Shown in pieces: positions 1 through 9,014 of a stretch of DNA of 64,000 nucleotides. The position numbers and the translations under genes were made by a program. Location: the NCBI GenBank assembly GCA_034002925.1, contig JAVEZP010000001.1, positions 209,165 through 273,164 on the forward strand, written 5' to 3'. The notes beneath the pieces were generated by a model. That model was not told the DNA's origin. It saw only the letters and a list, made by a program, of their open reading frames with translations, and searched no databases. This DNA comes from Patescibacteria group bacterium (GTDB taxonomy: Bacteria; Patescibacteriota; Patescibacteriia; Patescibacteriales; UBA12465). The stretch's first letter is position 1. Each line of letters starts with the position of its first letter.

Positions 1-1
1 A

Positions 2-646
2 AAAGAAGGTTTTAAGGTTGGTGTTGATACTCATTTATATGAATTAGATGAAGACGTCACAGAGGTAGAACTTTTATCAGTTATTAATTTTTTAAATAAT
101 GATAATTTAATTGATGGCATTCTTGTTCAGCTACCCTTACCATCTCAGTTTAATACAGATAAAATCATTAAAGCTATTGACCCCAAAAAAGATGTTGATG
201 GTTTTCATCCTCAGCATCCACAATATATCTTATCTCCAGTTTTAGCTTCGGTTCAGGCTTGTATTAATTATTTATCTTGGGACAATAAACACAAAAAAGC
301 AGCTATTTTCTATAATTCTGAAATTTTTGAAACAGGAGTAAAGGATATATTAATGAAGAATGGTTTTGAAATTTTAAAAAATTCAGAATCACAACAAGCT
401 GATTTAATTGTTAGTGCTTTGGGTAAGCCGGGTACCATTACTAAAGAAATACTAAAAGAAGAGGTGGTAATTATTGATATTGGCATTACTAAAGATGGAA
501 AAAAAGTAAAAGGTGATGTGGATTTAGATAGTGTTAAAGAATGGGCCTCTTATCTCACTCCGGTGCCTGGAGGCATAGGGCCAATGACAATTGCTTTTTT
601 ATTTAAAAATGTTTTAGAAATATATAAGAGGCGCGCTAATAAATAG
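2..646 (+). CDS. folD: Methylenetetrahydrofolate dehydrogenase/cyclohydrolase FolD, 5' end cut by window edge
   Basis: Frame 2 is open from nt 2 (KEGFKVGVDTHLYELDEDV..GILVQLPLP..DVDGFHP..TPVPGGIGPMT). The listed ORF 353..646 is only the C-terminal part. Confidence 0.9.
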   Translation, partial: KEGFKVGVDTHLYELDEDVTEVELLSVINFLNNDNLIDGILVQLPLPSQFNTDKIIKAIDPKKDVDGFHPQHPQYILSPVLASVQACINYLSWDNKHKKAAIFYNSEIFETGVKDILMKNGFEILKNSESQQADLIVSALGKPGTITKEILKEEVVIIDIGITKDGKKVKGDVDLDSVKEWASYLTPVPGGIGPMTIAFLFKNVLEIYKRRANK

Positions 647-647
647 C

Positions 648-2405
648 ATGAAAAAAATAAAACAAGAACTTAAAGAATTACTAAAGATCCATTTTAATTA
701 TGGATCTTTTCGTCCTGGGCAAGAACAAGCTATAGATGCGATTTTATCTGGCAAAAATGTGTTAGCAGTCTTGCCCACAGGTGGTGGCAAGTCTTTAATT
801 TTTCAACTCCCTTCTTTAGTTTTAGAAGGTATTACTATCGTGATTTCTCCTTTAATTGCTTTAATGAAAGACCAGGTTGATTCTCTTTTGGCGGTAGGAA
901 TTCCTGCTACTTTTATTAACTCCTCGGTCTCTTTGTCGGAAACTACTAAGAGATTAGAGGAAATTCGTAAAGGCGCGTATCGTTTAGTGTATGTTGCACC
1001 AGAAAGATTTTATAATCAAGCTTTTATTAATGAGCTAAAGCAAATTAAAGTGTCTTTATTTGCTATTGATGAGGCACATTGTATTAGCCAGTGGGGTCAT
1101 GATTTTAGACCAAGCTATTTACGCTTAAAAGAGGCTATTAAACATTGTGACTCGCCTGTAGTTGTTGCGTTAACAGCCACGGCCACTCCAGAAGTAAGGG
1201 TTGATATTGCGAAGCAATTAAATTTACAGAACTATGAAGCGGTGGTTAGTGGTTTTGCGCGACCCAATTTACATTTTGCTGCAGTGGCCACTAATAATGG
1301 AAAAAAATTAGAACACATATTAGACGTTGTGCGTAGTCAAGAGGATTCTGCTGGTATTATTTATGCTGGGACCAGGTCTAAAGTCGATGAAATTGTTGAG
1401 TTTTTATCAGATTATGATATTGCTACCATTGCTTATCACGCTGGCATGGACAGTGATAGTCGTGAATGGGCGCAAGAGCAATTTATGAAAGGTGAGGTGA
1501 AGATAGTGGTAGCTACTAATGCTTTTGGTTTAGGGATTAACAAAAAAGATATTCGTTTTGTGATTCATCATGATTTACCTGGCACCTTAGAAGCCTATTA
1601 TCAAGAAGCAGGTCGTGCTGGTCGAGACGGAAAAGATAGTTTTTGTTTGCTTTTTTATTCTCCTTCGGATCGTTATTTACAAGAGTTCTTTATTGCTGGT
1701 GATAATCCTAGTCCTGAACTTATAAGAGATGTGTATCGTTTTCTTTTAGATGAATATGAATTTAATCAGGAACCAGACGCTTCAGTCTTAATTACATATT
1801 CAGAACTAGCTAAACGTCTTGTTGAATCAGCTCCTGATATGGCCATTGGCACCGCTATTAAAATTTTAGAAAAAGAAGGTTATGTTTCTCGTCCTAATGA
1901 AAAAACTACAAATTCCTTTATAAAACTCACATCTTCTTGGGAGGATTTATTCTCTGCTTTAAGTGCTAGAGCTAAGGCTCAACGCGAAATTGCTACTAAA
2001 ATAAAAGAAAGATTTGAACAAGACATGATTAATGGTTGGCATTTTATTGCTGAAGACATTGCTTTTGTTTTAAAAATAAAAAAAGATTCATTAAATCGCG
2101 CAATTAAGAAATGGTCTGAACAGCAATTGGTTGACTACACTCCTCCATTTAAAGGCACAGAAATCAGAATTCTTAAATTTTGCAACCCCCAAGAATTATC
2201 TTTAGATTTTCGTTCTTTAGAAATTAAATCAGAAAGAGCGATGGCAAAGCTTAATGAAATGGAAAACTATATTTATTCCTTTGATTGTAGACAAAAATAT
2301 ATTTTAGAATATTTTGGCGAAGAAAATGTTGCAAATTGTGGCCATTGTGATAATTGCTTAAAGCCACGCAAGAAAGATAAGCATGAATATTTGGGGACTT
2401 ATTAG
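648..2405 (+). CDS. recQ: ATP-dependent DNA helicase RecQ
   Basis: Motifs PTGGGKS, DEAHCISQWGHDFRPSY, TATA, and a C-terminal Zn cluster CRQ..CGHCDNC. 585 aa. Starts 1 nt after the folD stop. Confidence 0.92.
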   Translation: MKKIKQELKELLKIHFNYGSFRPGQEQAIDAILSGKNVLAVLPTGGGKSLIFQLPSLVLEGITIVISPLIALMKDQVDSLLAVGIPATFINSSVSLSETTKRLEEIRKGAYRLVYVAPERFYNQAFINELKQIKVSLFAIDEAHCISQWGHDFRPSYLRLKEAIKHCDSPVVVALTATATPEVRVDIAKQLNLQNYEAVVSGFARPNLHFAAVATNNGKKLEHILDVVRSQEDSAGIIYAGTRSKVDEIVEFLSDYDIATIAYHAGMDSDSREWAQEQFMKGEVKIVVATNAFGLGINKKDIRFVIHHDLPGTLEAYYQEAGRAGRDGKDSFCLLFYSPSDRYLQEFFIAGDNPSPELIRDVYRFLLDEYEFNQEPDASVLITYSELAKRLVESAPDMAIGTAIKILEKEGYVSRPNEKTTNSFIKLTSSWEDLFSALSARAKAQREIATKIKERFEQDMINGWHFIAEDIAFVLKIKKDSLNRAIKKWSEQQLVDYTPPFKGTEIRILKFCNPQELSLDFRSLEIKSERAMAKLNEMENYIYSFDCRQKYILEYFGEENVANCGHCDNCLKPRKKDKHEYLGTY

Positions 2406-2408
2406 TTT

Positions 2409-3104
2409 ATGCAGCTAAATAAAAGAGAAAAATTAAAAACTTTAGTTATGGAAGCTTACGAAAAAAAAGCTAGTCATTTTGATGCTACTCGTTCAAAAAT
2501 GGCGACAGCAGATTTTTTGTGGGCTACAAATAAAATTTGTGCAAATGATCAAGTGCTGGACCTTGGTTGCGGTAATGGCAGATTGCTGGATTATATTTTA
2601 GTTTCACCGAAAAATTATCTAGGCATTGACAATAGCTCGGCTTTATTAAAAATAGCTAAATTAAAATATCCAGATTTTATTTTTCGAAAAGAAGATATTA
2701 ATGATCTAAAAGACTTGTCTCCAAATAAATTTTCTGTGATTTTTTGTTCAGCGGTAATGATTCATATTCCCGATCGAAAAAATAGGATCAAAATACTTTC
2801 TCAATTATTAGCAACAACTCAATCAAATGGACTTTTAATTATCAGTGCTTGGAAAATGACAGGTAATTATTATTTAAAATTAAAAATTAAAAGTATTGTT
2901 AAAAACTTTTTGTTGTTTAGATTTAAGTCTTGGCGTGATTTAGTGTTTCCTTGGAAAGATCAAGATGGTGCTCCAGTTTGTTTGCGATATTATCATTATT
3001 TCTCTAAAAGGTCTTTTAAAAAAGAAATTTTAAAGGCTGGTTGGCAGATAAAAGAAGAGTTAGATGATAGACATAATTTTTGGGTAGTAGCAGTTAAAAA
3101 ATAA
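2409..3104 (+). CDS. Class I SAM-dependent methyltransferase
   Basis: Motif I VLDLGCGNGRLL and a downstream IFCSAVMIHI motif. Substrate unknown. Confidence 0.7.
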   Translation: MQLNKREKLKTLVMEAYEKKASHFDATRSKMATADFLWATNKICANDQVLDLGCGNGRLLDYILVSPKNYLGIDNSSALLKIAKLKYPDFIFRKEDINDLKDLSPNKFSVIFCSAVMIHIPDRKNRIKILSQLLATTQSNGLLIISAWKMTGNYYLKLKIKSIVKNFLLFRFKSWRDLVFPWKDQDGAPVCLRYYHYFSKRSFKKEILKAGWQIKEELDDRHNFWVVAVKK

Positions 3105-3121
3105 ATTATTATCTCAAGCCC

Positions 3122-3149
3122 TTGACACCCCTAGGGGGTGTGCTATAAT
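3122..3149 (+). promoter_or_regulatory. Sigma70-like promoter with embedded CsoR/RcnR-type palindromic operator
   Basis: TTGACA at 3122-3127, TATAAT at 3144-3149, 16-nt spacer. The spacer holds the near-perfect palindrome ACACCCC-TA-GGGGGTGT (3125-3141). The ATG at 3156 lies 7 nt after the -10 box, which suggests a leaderless mRNA. Confidence 0.7.
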
Positions 3150-3155
3150 AACAGC

Positions 3156-3404
3156 ATGAAAAGCACTGAACAAAGAATTAATAATATTATTGGACAATTG
3201 TCAGGAATAAAAAAAATGCTGATTGAAAAACCAGATGATTGTTTTTCTATTTTGGTACAAATGAAAGCGGTAAAGTCTGCTATGACTTCTTTAACCGAGC
3301 AAATGCTCTCAAAAGAATTAGATCGTTGCTTGAAAAATGGCTTTGCTCCTGCTAAAAAACAAAAAGCCGAAGCAATTTTAAAAGAAGTAATAAAAAATAA
3401 TTAA
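3156..3404 (+). CDS. CsoR/RcnR/FrmR-family (DUF156) metal- or thiol-sensing transcriptional repressor
   Basis: 82 aa helical protein. Family pattern RLxxIxGQLxGI..M, a conserved Cys in DDCFSILVQMKAVKSA, and a second Cys in ELDRCL. The GTG start at 3138 in the ORF track lies inside the promoter, so ATG 3156 is preferred. Confidence 0.8.
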   Translation: MKSTEQRINNIIGQLSGIKKMLIEKPDDCFSILVQMKAVKSAMTSLTEQMLSKELDRCLKNGFAPAKKQKAEAILKEVIKNN

Positions 3405-3462
3405 ATAAAAATAAATGATAATTAATTAAACAGCGATAATTTAAAAACGCTGTTAGAAATTT

Positions 3463-3792
3463 ATGAGTAAAGCATTAGACATTTTAAAAAATGATTTTGA
3501 GCAAGAGGTTTTAAAAAACGAACAACCAGTTTTGGTTGATTTTTGGGCTCCTTGGTGTATGCCTTGTCGTATGATGGCTCCAATTTTAGATGAATTAGCT
3601 GGAGAATTAGAAGGCAAAGTAAAAATTGCCAAAGTTGATACTGAAAATCCAGAAAACCAGGAATTAGCCATTAAATATCAAATTCAAAGCATTCCTAATA
3701 TGAAATTGTTTAAAGGAGGACAAGTTGTTGATGAATTTGTGGGTATGCGCAGCAAAGAATCTCTCAAAGCTGATTTAGAAAAATATCTATAA
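3463..3792 (+). CDS. trxA: Thioredoxin with atypical WCMPC active site
   Basis: 109 aa. VLVDFWAPWCMPCRMMAP..KVDTENP..IQSIPNMKLFKGG is the classic thioredoxin fold, with CMPC in place of CGPC. Confidence 0.9.
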   Translation: MSKALDILKNDFEQEVLKNEQPVLVDFWAPWCMPCRMMAPILDELAGELEGKVKIAKVDTENPENQELAIKYQIQSIPNMKLFKGGQVVDEFVGMRSKESLKADLEKYL

Positions 3793-3806
3793 ATAAAAGA
3801 AACAAG

Positions 3807-3832
3807 CAGCCGCCTGAAAGCGGCTGTTTTTC
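3807..3832 (+). terminator. Rho-independent terminator after trxA
   Basis: Stem CAGCCGC/GCGGCTG, loop CTGAAA, followed by TTTTT. Confidence 0.8.
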
Positions 3833-3846
3833 TCTTAACTAAAAAT

Positions 3847-5070
3847 ATGAGTATTTTTAATGATAATTTAGAAAGAATCCAAGAATTATCTATTTTAGAT
3901 AATTTAAGTGCTGAGGATATTAAGGCCTTAAGTTTAGCTGCTCAGGTGAAATATGCTGATTTAGAGGTAGGGGGCAAAAAATATCCAGCTTGGAGAATCG
4001 TATATAGTAAAGATTTAGGGCCAGGCAAAGGTGGTATTCGTTTTCATCCTGACGTTAATGAAGATGAGGTTAAGTCTTTAGCTTTTTGGATGAGCCTAAA
4101 AAATTCTTTAGCAGATATTCCTTATGGTGGCGCTAAGGGCGGAGTTAAAGTTGATCCAAAAAATATGAGCAAAGAAGAATTACAGAAATTGAGTCGAGCT
4201 TATGTTAGAGCTTTTCATGATTATTTAGGACAAGATAAAGATATTCCCGCTCCAGATGTTTATACTAATAGCCAAATCATGGCTTGGATGCTAGATGAGT
4301 TTGAAAAAATTAAAGGCTCACATGAACCAGGTATGATTACAGGCAAGCCAATTGAACTTGGCGGCATTCAATTAAGATCTGATGCTACTGCTCAGGGCGC
4401 TTATCTTATTACTAAAGCCATGGTCGATGAATTTTTAAAAGACAAAAAAGCTCAAGATATTAGAGTGGCTATTCAAGGCTTTGGTAATGCTGGTTTGTTT
4501 ATGGCAGAAAAAATGCATGCTGATTCTTATAAAATTGTAGCCGCCTCTGATAGTCAGGGCGCTATTTATAAAGAAGATGGTCTAGATATCCCAGCTTTAA
4601 TTGAATTTAAACGCCAAGGTCACAAGTTAACTGATTTCCAAGGAGTTAAAATTTTAACTAACGCCGAGTTATTAGAATTAGAGGTTGATATTTTAGCCTT
4701 AGCCGCACTTGAAAATCAAATTACAGCAGATAATGCTCATAAAATTAAGGCTCAATATATTGTTGAATTAGCCAATGGTCCCATTGATTTAGCGGGAGAC
4801 AAAATTTTAAAAGAAGCTGGTAAAATAATTGTGCCTGATATTTTAGCTAATTCAGGCGGAGTGATTGTTAGTTATTTTGAATGGGCTCAAAATCGTACTG
4901 GTCAAATTTTAGATGAAGACTATTTACGTAATCTTTTGAGTAAAAAAATGATTGATAATTGGCAACGATTATTATTAGTGTATAAAGAAAAGCAAAATAT
5001 TAGTTTGCGTCAGGCGGCTTATATTATTGCCGTTAGAAGAATTTTAGCAGCAAAACATTGGCGCTCATAA
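3847..5070 (+). CDS. gdh: Glu/Leu/Phe/Val-family amino acid dehydrogenase (glutamate dehydrogenase-like)
   Basis: Catalytic-Lys box PYGGAKGGVKVDP, Rossmann motif GFGNAG, 407 aa. Confidence 0.85.
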   Translation: MSIFNDNLERIQELSILDNLSAEDIKALSLAAQVKYADLEVGGKKYPAWRIVYSKDLGPGKGGIRFHPDVNEDEVKSLAFWMSLKNSLADIPYGGAKGGVKVDPKNMSKEELQKLSRAYVRAFHDYLGQDKDIPAPDVYTNSQIMAWMLDEFEKIKGSHEPGMITGKPIELGGIQLRSDATAQGAYLITKAMVDEFLKDKKAQDIRVAIQGFGNAGLFMAEKMHADSYKIVAASDSQGAIYKEDGLDIPALIEFKRQGHKLTDFQGVKILTNAELLELEVDILALAALENQITADNAHKIKAQYIVELANGPIDLAGDKILKEAGKIIVPDILANSGGVIVSYFEWAQNRTGQILDEDYLRNLLSKKMIDNWQRLLLVYKEKQNISLRQAAYIIAVRRILAAKHWRS

Positions 5071-5081
5071 TTAGAAAAAAT

Positions 5082-5117
5082 AAAAAAAAGACCTTGAAAA
5101 AATCAAGGTCTTTTTTT
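5082..5117. terminator. Bidirectional terminator between convergent gdh and the thioredoxin-fold gene
   Basis: A-run, then stem GACCTTGA/TCAAGGTC, then T-run. Confidence 0.8.
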
Positions 5118-5134
5118 GATTGATTGATTGATTA

Positions 5135-6136
5135 TTATAGACAAGAAGCTTCGGTAGAGGCGGCGCTAAAATCAAAACCAAAACCAGGGGTTGGTGATTG
5201 ATTGTTTAACTGAGCGGAGCAAGCTTCAGGGGCTTCATTAAAGGCGGAACAAATGGTATTTAATAAAGAAGCTGAATCACGAGCGCTGCTAACATTAGTG
5301 CCGTTAATAATTAAGGTAGGAGAACCACCAACGCTGTATTTGGCATTATCTTCTTTATGAACGCTAAAACCAGGGAAATTGCCTTTCCAATCTACTTTAT
5401 TGTTATAATTTTCTGTTACTTTAAATTCTTTATCAGTAGCAGTAACACAGGAATTGATATTTTTCACATTAGTGTTCTCTGCTAAACAATTTTCTCTATC
5501 CCCCGCTTCTAAGAAACAAGTTAAATAAGCATTAAGATTTTCAGGCTCTTCTTTTTGTACACAATACTGAACCAAATTTTCATCTAATTCAACTTTTTCG
5601 TGCATAGCATAATCATTAAACTTTAATTCAAAATCAATATTATCACCTAGAGTTTCTAAGACTGGTAGTAAACCTTTTAACATTTGGGTGCCAAAAGGAC
5701 AATAACTCATGACAAATAATTCTACCTCTGGTTTATCAGACTTAGGAACATTAACTGGGGTAGGAGATTGTGCGCTTGCAGGGTTAGTGTTAGCGCTGCC
5801 GATTGTTTCAATCTCTAAAGCTTGAGGAAAGAATAGGCGACCATCTTTGGTAACATATGATTCTACAGGATCTTCGTTGCCAATATCAATAACTAATTTA
5901 TATAAATCATATTCTTCAGATGAAGCTGTTACGCTAGCGCGACTACCGCTAGGCATTAAATAGGAATTAATAAAGTTTTCTGTTACCAAAGAAGCTTCTC
6001 TTATACTTAGTTCTTGATATTCTTTTTTGTTATTAAAAACAAACCAAGCTACAGCTAATATTGCTAAGACGAGAACCCCAGCTAAAAGACTGAGGAATTT
6101 TTTGTCGCGCATAAGACGCTTGCACATTTTTGTCAT
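5135..6136 (-). CDS. Membrane-anchored thioredoxin-fold (DsbA/GILT-like) protein with monothiol CPFG motif
   Basis: N-terminal TM helix (FLSLLAGVLVLAILAVAWFVF). VELFVMSYCPFGTQ sits at the usual CxxC position. Several further Cys in the C-terminal half. Confidence 0.5.
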   Translation of the reverse strand: MTKMCKRLMRDKKFLSLLAGVLVLAILAVAWFVFNNKKEYQELSIREASLVTENFINSYLMPSGSRASVTASSEEYDLYKLVIDIGNEDPVESYVTKDGRLFFPQALEIETIGSANTNPASAQSPTPVNVPKSDKPEVELFVMSYCPFGTQMLKGLLPVLETLGDNIDFELKFNDYAMHEKVELDENLVQYCVQKEEPENLNAYLTCFLEAGDRENCLAENTNVKNINSCVTATDKEFKVTENYNNKVDWKGNFPGFSVHKEDNAKYSVGGSPTLIINGTNVSSARDSASLLNTICSAFNEAPEACSAQLNNQSPTPGFGFDFSAASTEASCL

Positions 6137-6202
6137 ATCATTAATTAATTAATTTTTTATTAAGTGTTTTAATTATAGTTAATTAGAGCTTAAAAGTCAA
6201 AA

Positions 6203-6979
6203 TTATTTTTGTTTTTTTAGAAAACTTTCTATTTCTTCTGGTCTGTCAATAGCAAAAGTTTTTTGTTCTCCGTGATTGTCAATAAAACTTAATTTTTTAG
6301 CGAATAGAAAAATTCTTGATAAGTTCATTTTTGTATTTCTGCGAATACTTTTAGCTGTGCCATAGAGATTGTCGCCTAGTATTGGGTAGCCATAAGCAGC
6401 AAAATGGACTCTTATTTGATGAGTGCGTCCAGTTAAAATATGAACTTTCACTAAGCTGATGTGTGGCCATTTTTTTTCTACTTTAAAATCAGTAATAGCA
6501 TCTTTAGAGCTTAGTCGTGCTTTTTCATTGCCTTCTTCCCTGTTGGTGGCTCTAGTTTGATCTGTTTTTTTTGGCAAAGGCAAGGCGGCCATTTTATGGC
6601 CAGACTTAGCACGAGTAATAGGAAAATTAATTCTAGCTTCATCTTTTATAATAGCGCCATGAACAATGCTTTCATACTCTTTATAAATTTTTCTAGCTTG
6701 AAATTGTTTTTTAAAATAGTCAAAAGCTTTTTGTTGGCGAATAACTAGCATTACTCCACTCACTTCTTTATCAAGACGATGAACAATACCAGGGCGCAAG
6801 GGATCTTCACCTACCTTTTTAATTTCAGGATATCTTTTTATTAATAATGAGGCTAAATTTTCTTCTTCAAGGTCATGAGCAGGATGCACGATAAGACCAG
6901 CTGGTTTATTAACCACCAAATAATCTTCGTCTTCATGAAGAATTATAATGTCGCCACAAGAACTTTTTATTTTTTTCAT
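6203..6979 (-). CDS. RluA-family pseudouridine synthase
   Basis: Catalytic motif HRLDKEVSGVML and RTHQIRVH. 258 aa, no S4 domain. Confidence 0.85.
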   Translation of the reverse strand: MKKIKSSCGDIIILHEDEDYLVVNKPAGLIVHPAHDLEEENLASLLIKRYPEIKKVGEDPLRPGIVHRLDKEVSGVMLVIRQQKAFDYFKKQFQARKIYKEYESIVHGAIIKDEARINFPITRAKSGHKMAALPLPKKTDQTRATNREEGNEKARLSSKDAITDFKVEKKWPHISLVKVHILTGRTHQIRVHFAAYGYPILGDNLYGTAKSIRRNTKMNLSRIFLFAKKLSFIDNHGEQKTFAIDRPEEIESFLKKQK

Positions 6980-6982
6980 AAA

Positions 6983-8422
6983 TTACATTTGTTTGCCAAT
7001 AATTAGTTTAAGGTCTTTAGCAGAGAAAGCTTTAAGTAGCAATAAAGAGGCTAAATAAATAAATCCAGCTAATAAGATAACAAGAATTAATCCCCACGCA
7101 GATTTAGTTAAATTAGTCGGGAGAAGATAAATGATGGCTCCCATCAAAACAGAGGCTAATAAAGATTTTTTTAAACCCTGAAAATTAAGTTTAAATTTTA
7201 AATAGCGACAAATAAAAATACCAGATAATAAAGCAATGCTCAGTTCACTGTAAATTGTGACAGCGGCGGCACCGTAATAAGAAAAACGAGGAATGAGATA
7301 AAGATAAGCCACTAAAGAGCTGAGACTAACTAATATATATATCCAAATCACACTCTTTTGTTTTTTAACAGCAATAATAGCGTGAGCCATCATGTTGCCC
7401 AAAAAGATAGCAGCAATGGCAAAAATTAATAATCTAAAAATATTACCAGCTCCTTGAAATTCAGATCCAGCAATAAATATCATTATTTCATCAGCTAAAA
7501 ATTGTACACCTATCACCATCGGAATGGCCGCCATTGCTAAAATATCAAAAGATTTTTGTAAAATAGTATTAAAACGCTCTTTGTTTTTTTCTTGCCAGGC
7601 CGCTACCAATAATGGCAGAATAATACCAGCAAACATAAAAGGCAAAGAACTTAAAACATCAATTATTTTATAAGCAGCTCCATAAAGACCGACTTCAGCT
7701 TGGCTTTTAAAAAGAGATAATAATAAAGTATCAGCTTTAAGATAAATTAAGTTTAAGGCAATAGTAATTGTTAATGGCCAAGATAATCTAAGGATTTTTT
7801 TCCATTCTTGCCAGTTAAAAATTGGTCTAATATAAGCAAACTGACGGGCAAAATAATAATGTAATACGAAGCTAATAAAACCAGCTAAAGAGGTGGCTAA
7901 TAAAACTCCTTGCAAACCCCATTTTAGTTTAACGACCACAATTACGCCTAGTAGCATGCTAACACGACTAAGAGTTTCGGCCCAAGCTACTCTATCCATT
8001 TTTAATTTGGTTTGAAATAGGCCAACCATTACCTGATTTAAAGCGTTAAAAACAAAAGAAGCAGCGGCGATGGCGACGCCTAGTTTAATTTCTTGACTAT
8101 AACTAAAAGCCATGACTACAAATGGAGCTAAGCCTATCATTAATAAAGAGGAGCTTAAACGTAAACCAAATAAATTACCTAAAGTTCGATTTTGTTCTTT
8201 TTGTTCTTCCCCTAACATTTGCACTGTCACTAAAGTTAATCCTAGATCAGCTAAAATGGCAAAAAAAGACAAAAAGGTTATTACTGTTGTGTAGGCGCCA
8301 AAACCAGATTGTCCTAATTCTCTAGTAATAATTGCAAAAGTGAACAAATTTAAAGCTGTAGACAGTATCTTGCCTATTAATTGGACAGCGGTATTATTAA
8401 ATATTTGTTTCTTTAAAGTCAT
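6983..8422 (-). CDS. MOP-superfamily polysaccharide/lipid-linked oligosaccharide flippase (Wzx/MurJ-like)
   Basis: 479 aa and polytopic (about 12-14 hydrophobic helices). The N-terminus resembles Polysacc_synt proteins. Confidence 0.65.
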   Translation of the reverse strand: MTLKKQIFNNTAVQLIGKILSTALNLFTFAIITRELGQSGFGAYTTVITFLSFFAILADLGLTLVTVQMLGEEQKEQNRTLGNLFGLRLSSSLLMIGLAPFVVMAFSYSQEIKLGVAIAAASFVFNALNQVMVGLFQTKLKMDRVAWAETLSRVSMLLGVIVVVKLKWGLQGVLLATSLAGFISFVLHYYFARQFAYIRPIFNWQEWKKILRLSWPLTITIALNLIYLKADTLLLSLFKSQAEVGLYGAAYKIIDVLSSLPFMFAGIILPLLVAAWQEKNKERFNTILQKSFDILAMAAIPMVIGVQFLADEIMIFIAGSEFQGAGNIFRLLIFAIAAIFLGNMMAHAIIAVKKQKSVIWIYILVSLSSLVAYLYLIPRFSYYGAAAVTIYSELSIALLSGIFICRYLKFKLNFQGLKKSLLASVLMGAIIYLLPTNLTKSAWGLILVILLAGFIYLASLLLLKAFSAKDLKLIIGKQM

Positions 8423-8520
8423 TATTTTAAGCTAAATTGAATAAAAAAATAGCATCACTAAAGCCATGAGCTTGTTGTTTGTTTTAGTATTTAGTATAAT
8501 TATAACATAATAATAATTAT

Positions 8521-8940
8521 ATGCGTATTATCAAAAAAATACTATTAAGCGGGAGTCTTTTTTTCTTTTTGCTCTTACCAGCAGGATATTTCTTTAATGC
8601 TAATCAGGTGTTTGCTCAAGGAGATTTATTATCTAGCCAAGAAGGAATGGCGGATGTTCAAGCTGTTTTTGGTGAGCCTGAAGATATTAGGGTAACGATA
8701 GTGAAAATAATAAACATTATTTTAAGTGTTTTAGGTGTTTTGTTTGTGGTCTTGTTAGTGATGGCAGGTTTTAAATATATGACAGCGGCTGGTAATGAAG
8801 ATAAGGTTAAGGAAGCAGTTAAGCAAATTAGTCAGGCGGTTATTGGTTTAATTATTATTTTATCAGCTTGGGGAATTAGCTTTTTTATTCTGCAAAGACT
8901 GGCAGCAGCTGCTAGTGGTCATAATTATCTCTATTTCTAG
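8521..8940 (+). CDS. Small secreted two-TM protein, TrbC/VirB2-like (T4SS-pilin-like) family
   Basis: Signal peptide ending AQG, then a TM-loop-TM segment VLLVMAGFKYMTAAGNEDKVKEAVKQISQAVIGLIIILSAWG. This is typical of the CPR mini-pilin family as I remember it. Confidence 0.5.
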   Translation: MRIIKKILLSGSLFFFLLLPAGYFFNANQVFAQGDLLSSQEGMADVQAVFGEPEDIRVTIVKIINIILSVLGVLFVVLLVMAGFKYMTAAGNEDKVKEAVKQISQAVIGLIIILSAWGISFFILQRLAAAASGHNYLYF

Positions 8941-8982
8941 GATTTTGACAAGTATTGTCTTTTTTGTTATCATAAAAACATA

Positions 8983-9014
8983 AAGCTAATTGGATAACAA
9001 TTAGCTTTTCTCTT
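8983..9014 (+). terminator. Hairpin terminator/attenuator between the pilin-like gene and nusA
   Basis: 10-bp stem AAGCTAATTG/CAATTAGCTT, loop GATAA, followed by an interrupted T tract TTTTCTCTT. Confidence 0.6.

Noticed and set aside
5117-5132. (TGAT)x4 microsatellite next to the gdh terminator.
   Set aside because: It is a very short tandem repeat in an intergenic AT-rich tail. There is no evidence of function or phase variation, since it is not within a promoter spacer or a coding sequence.
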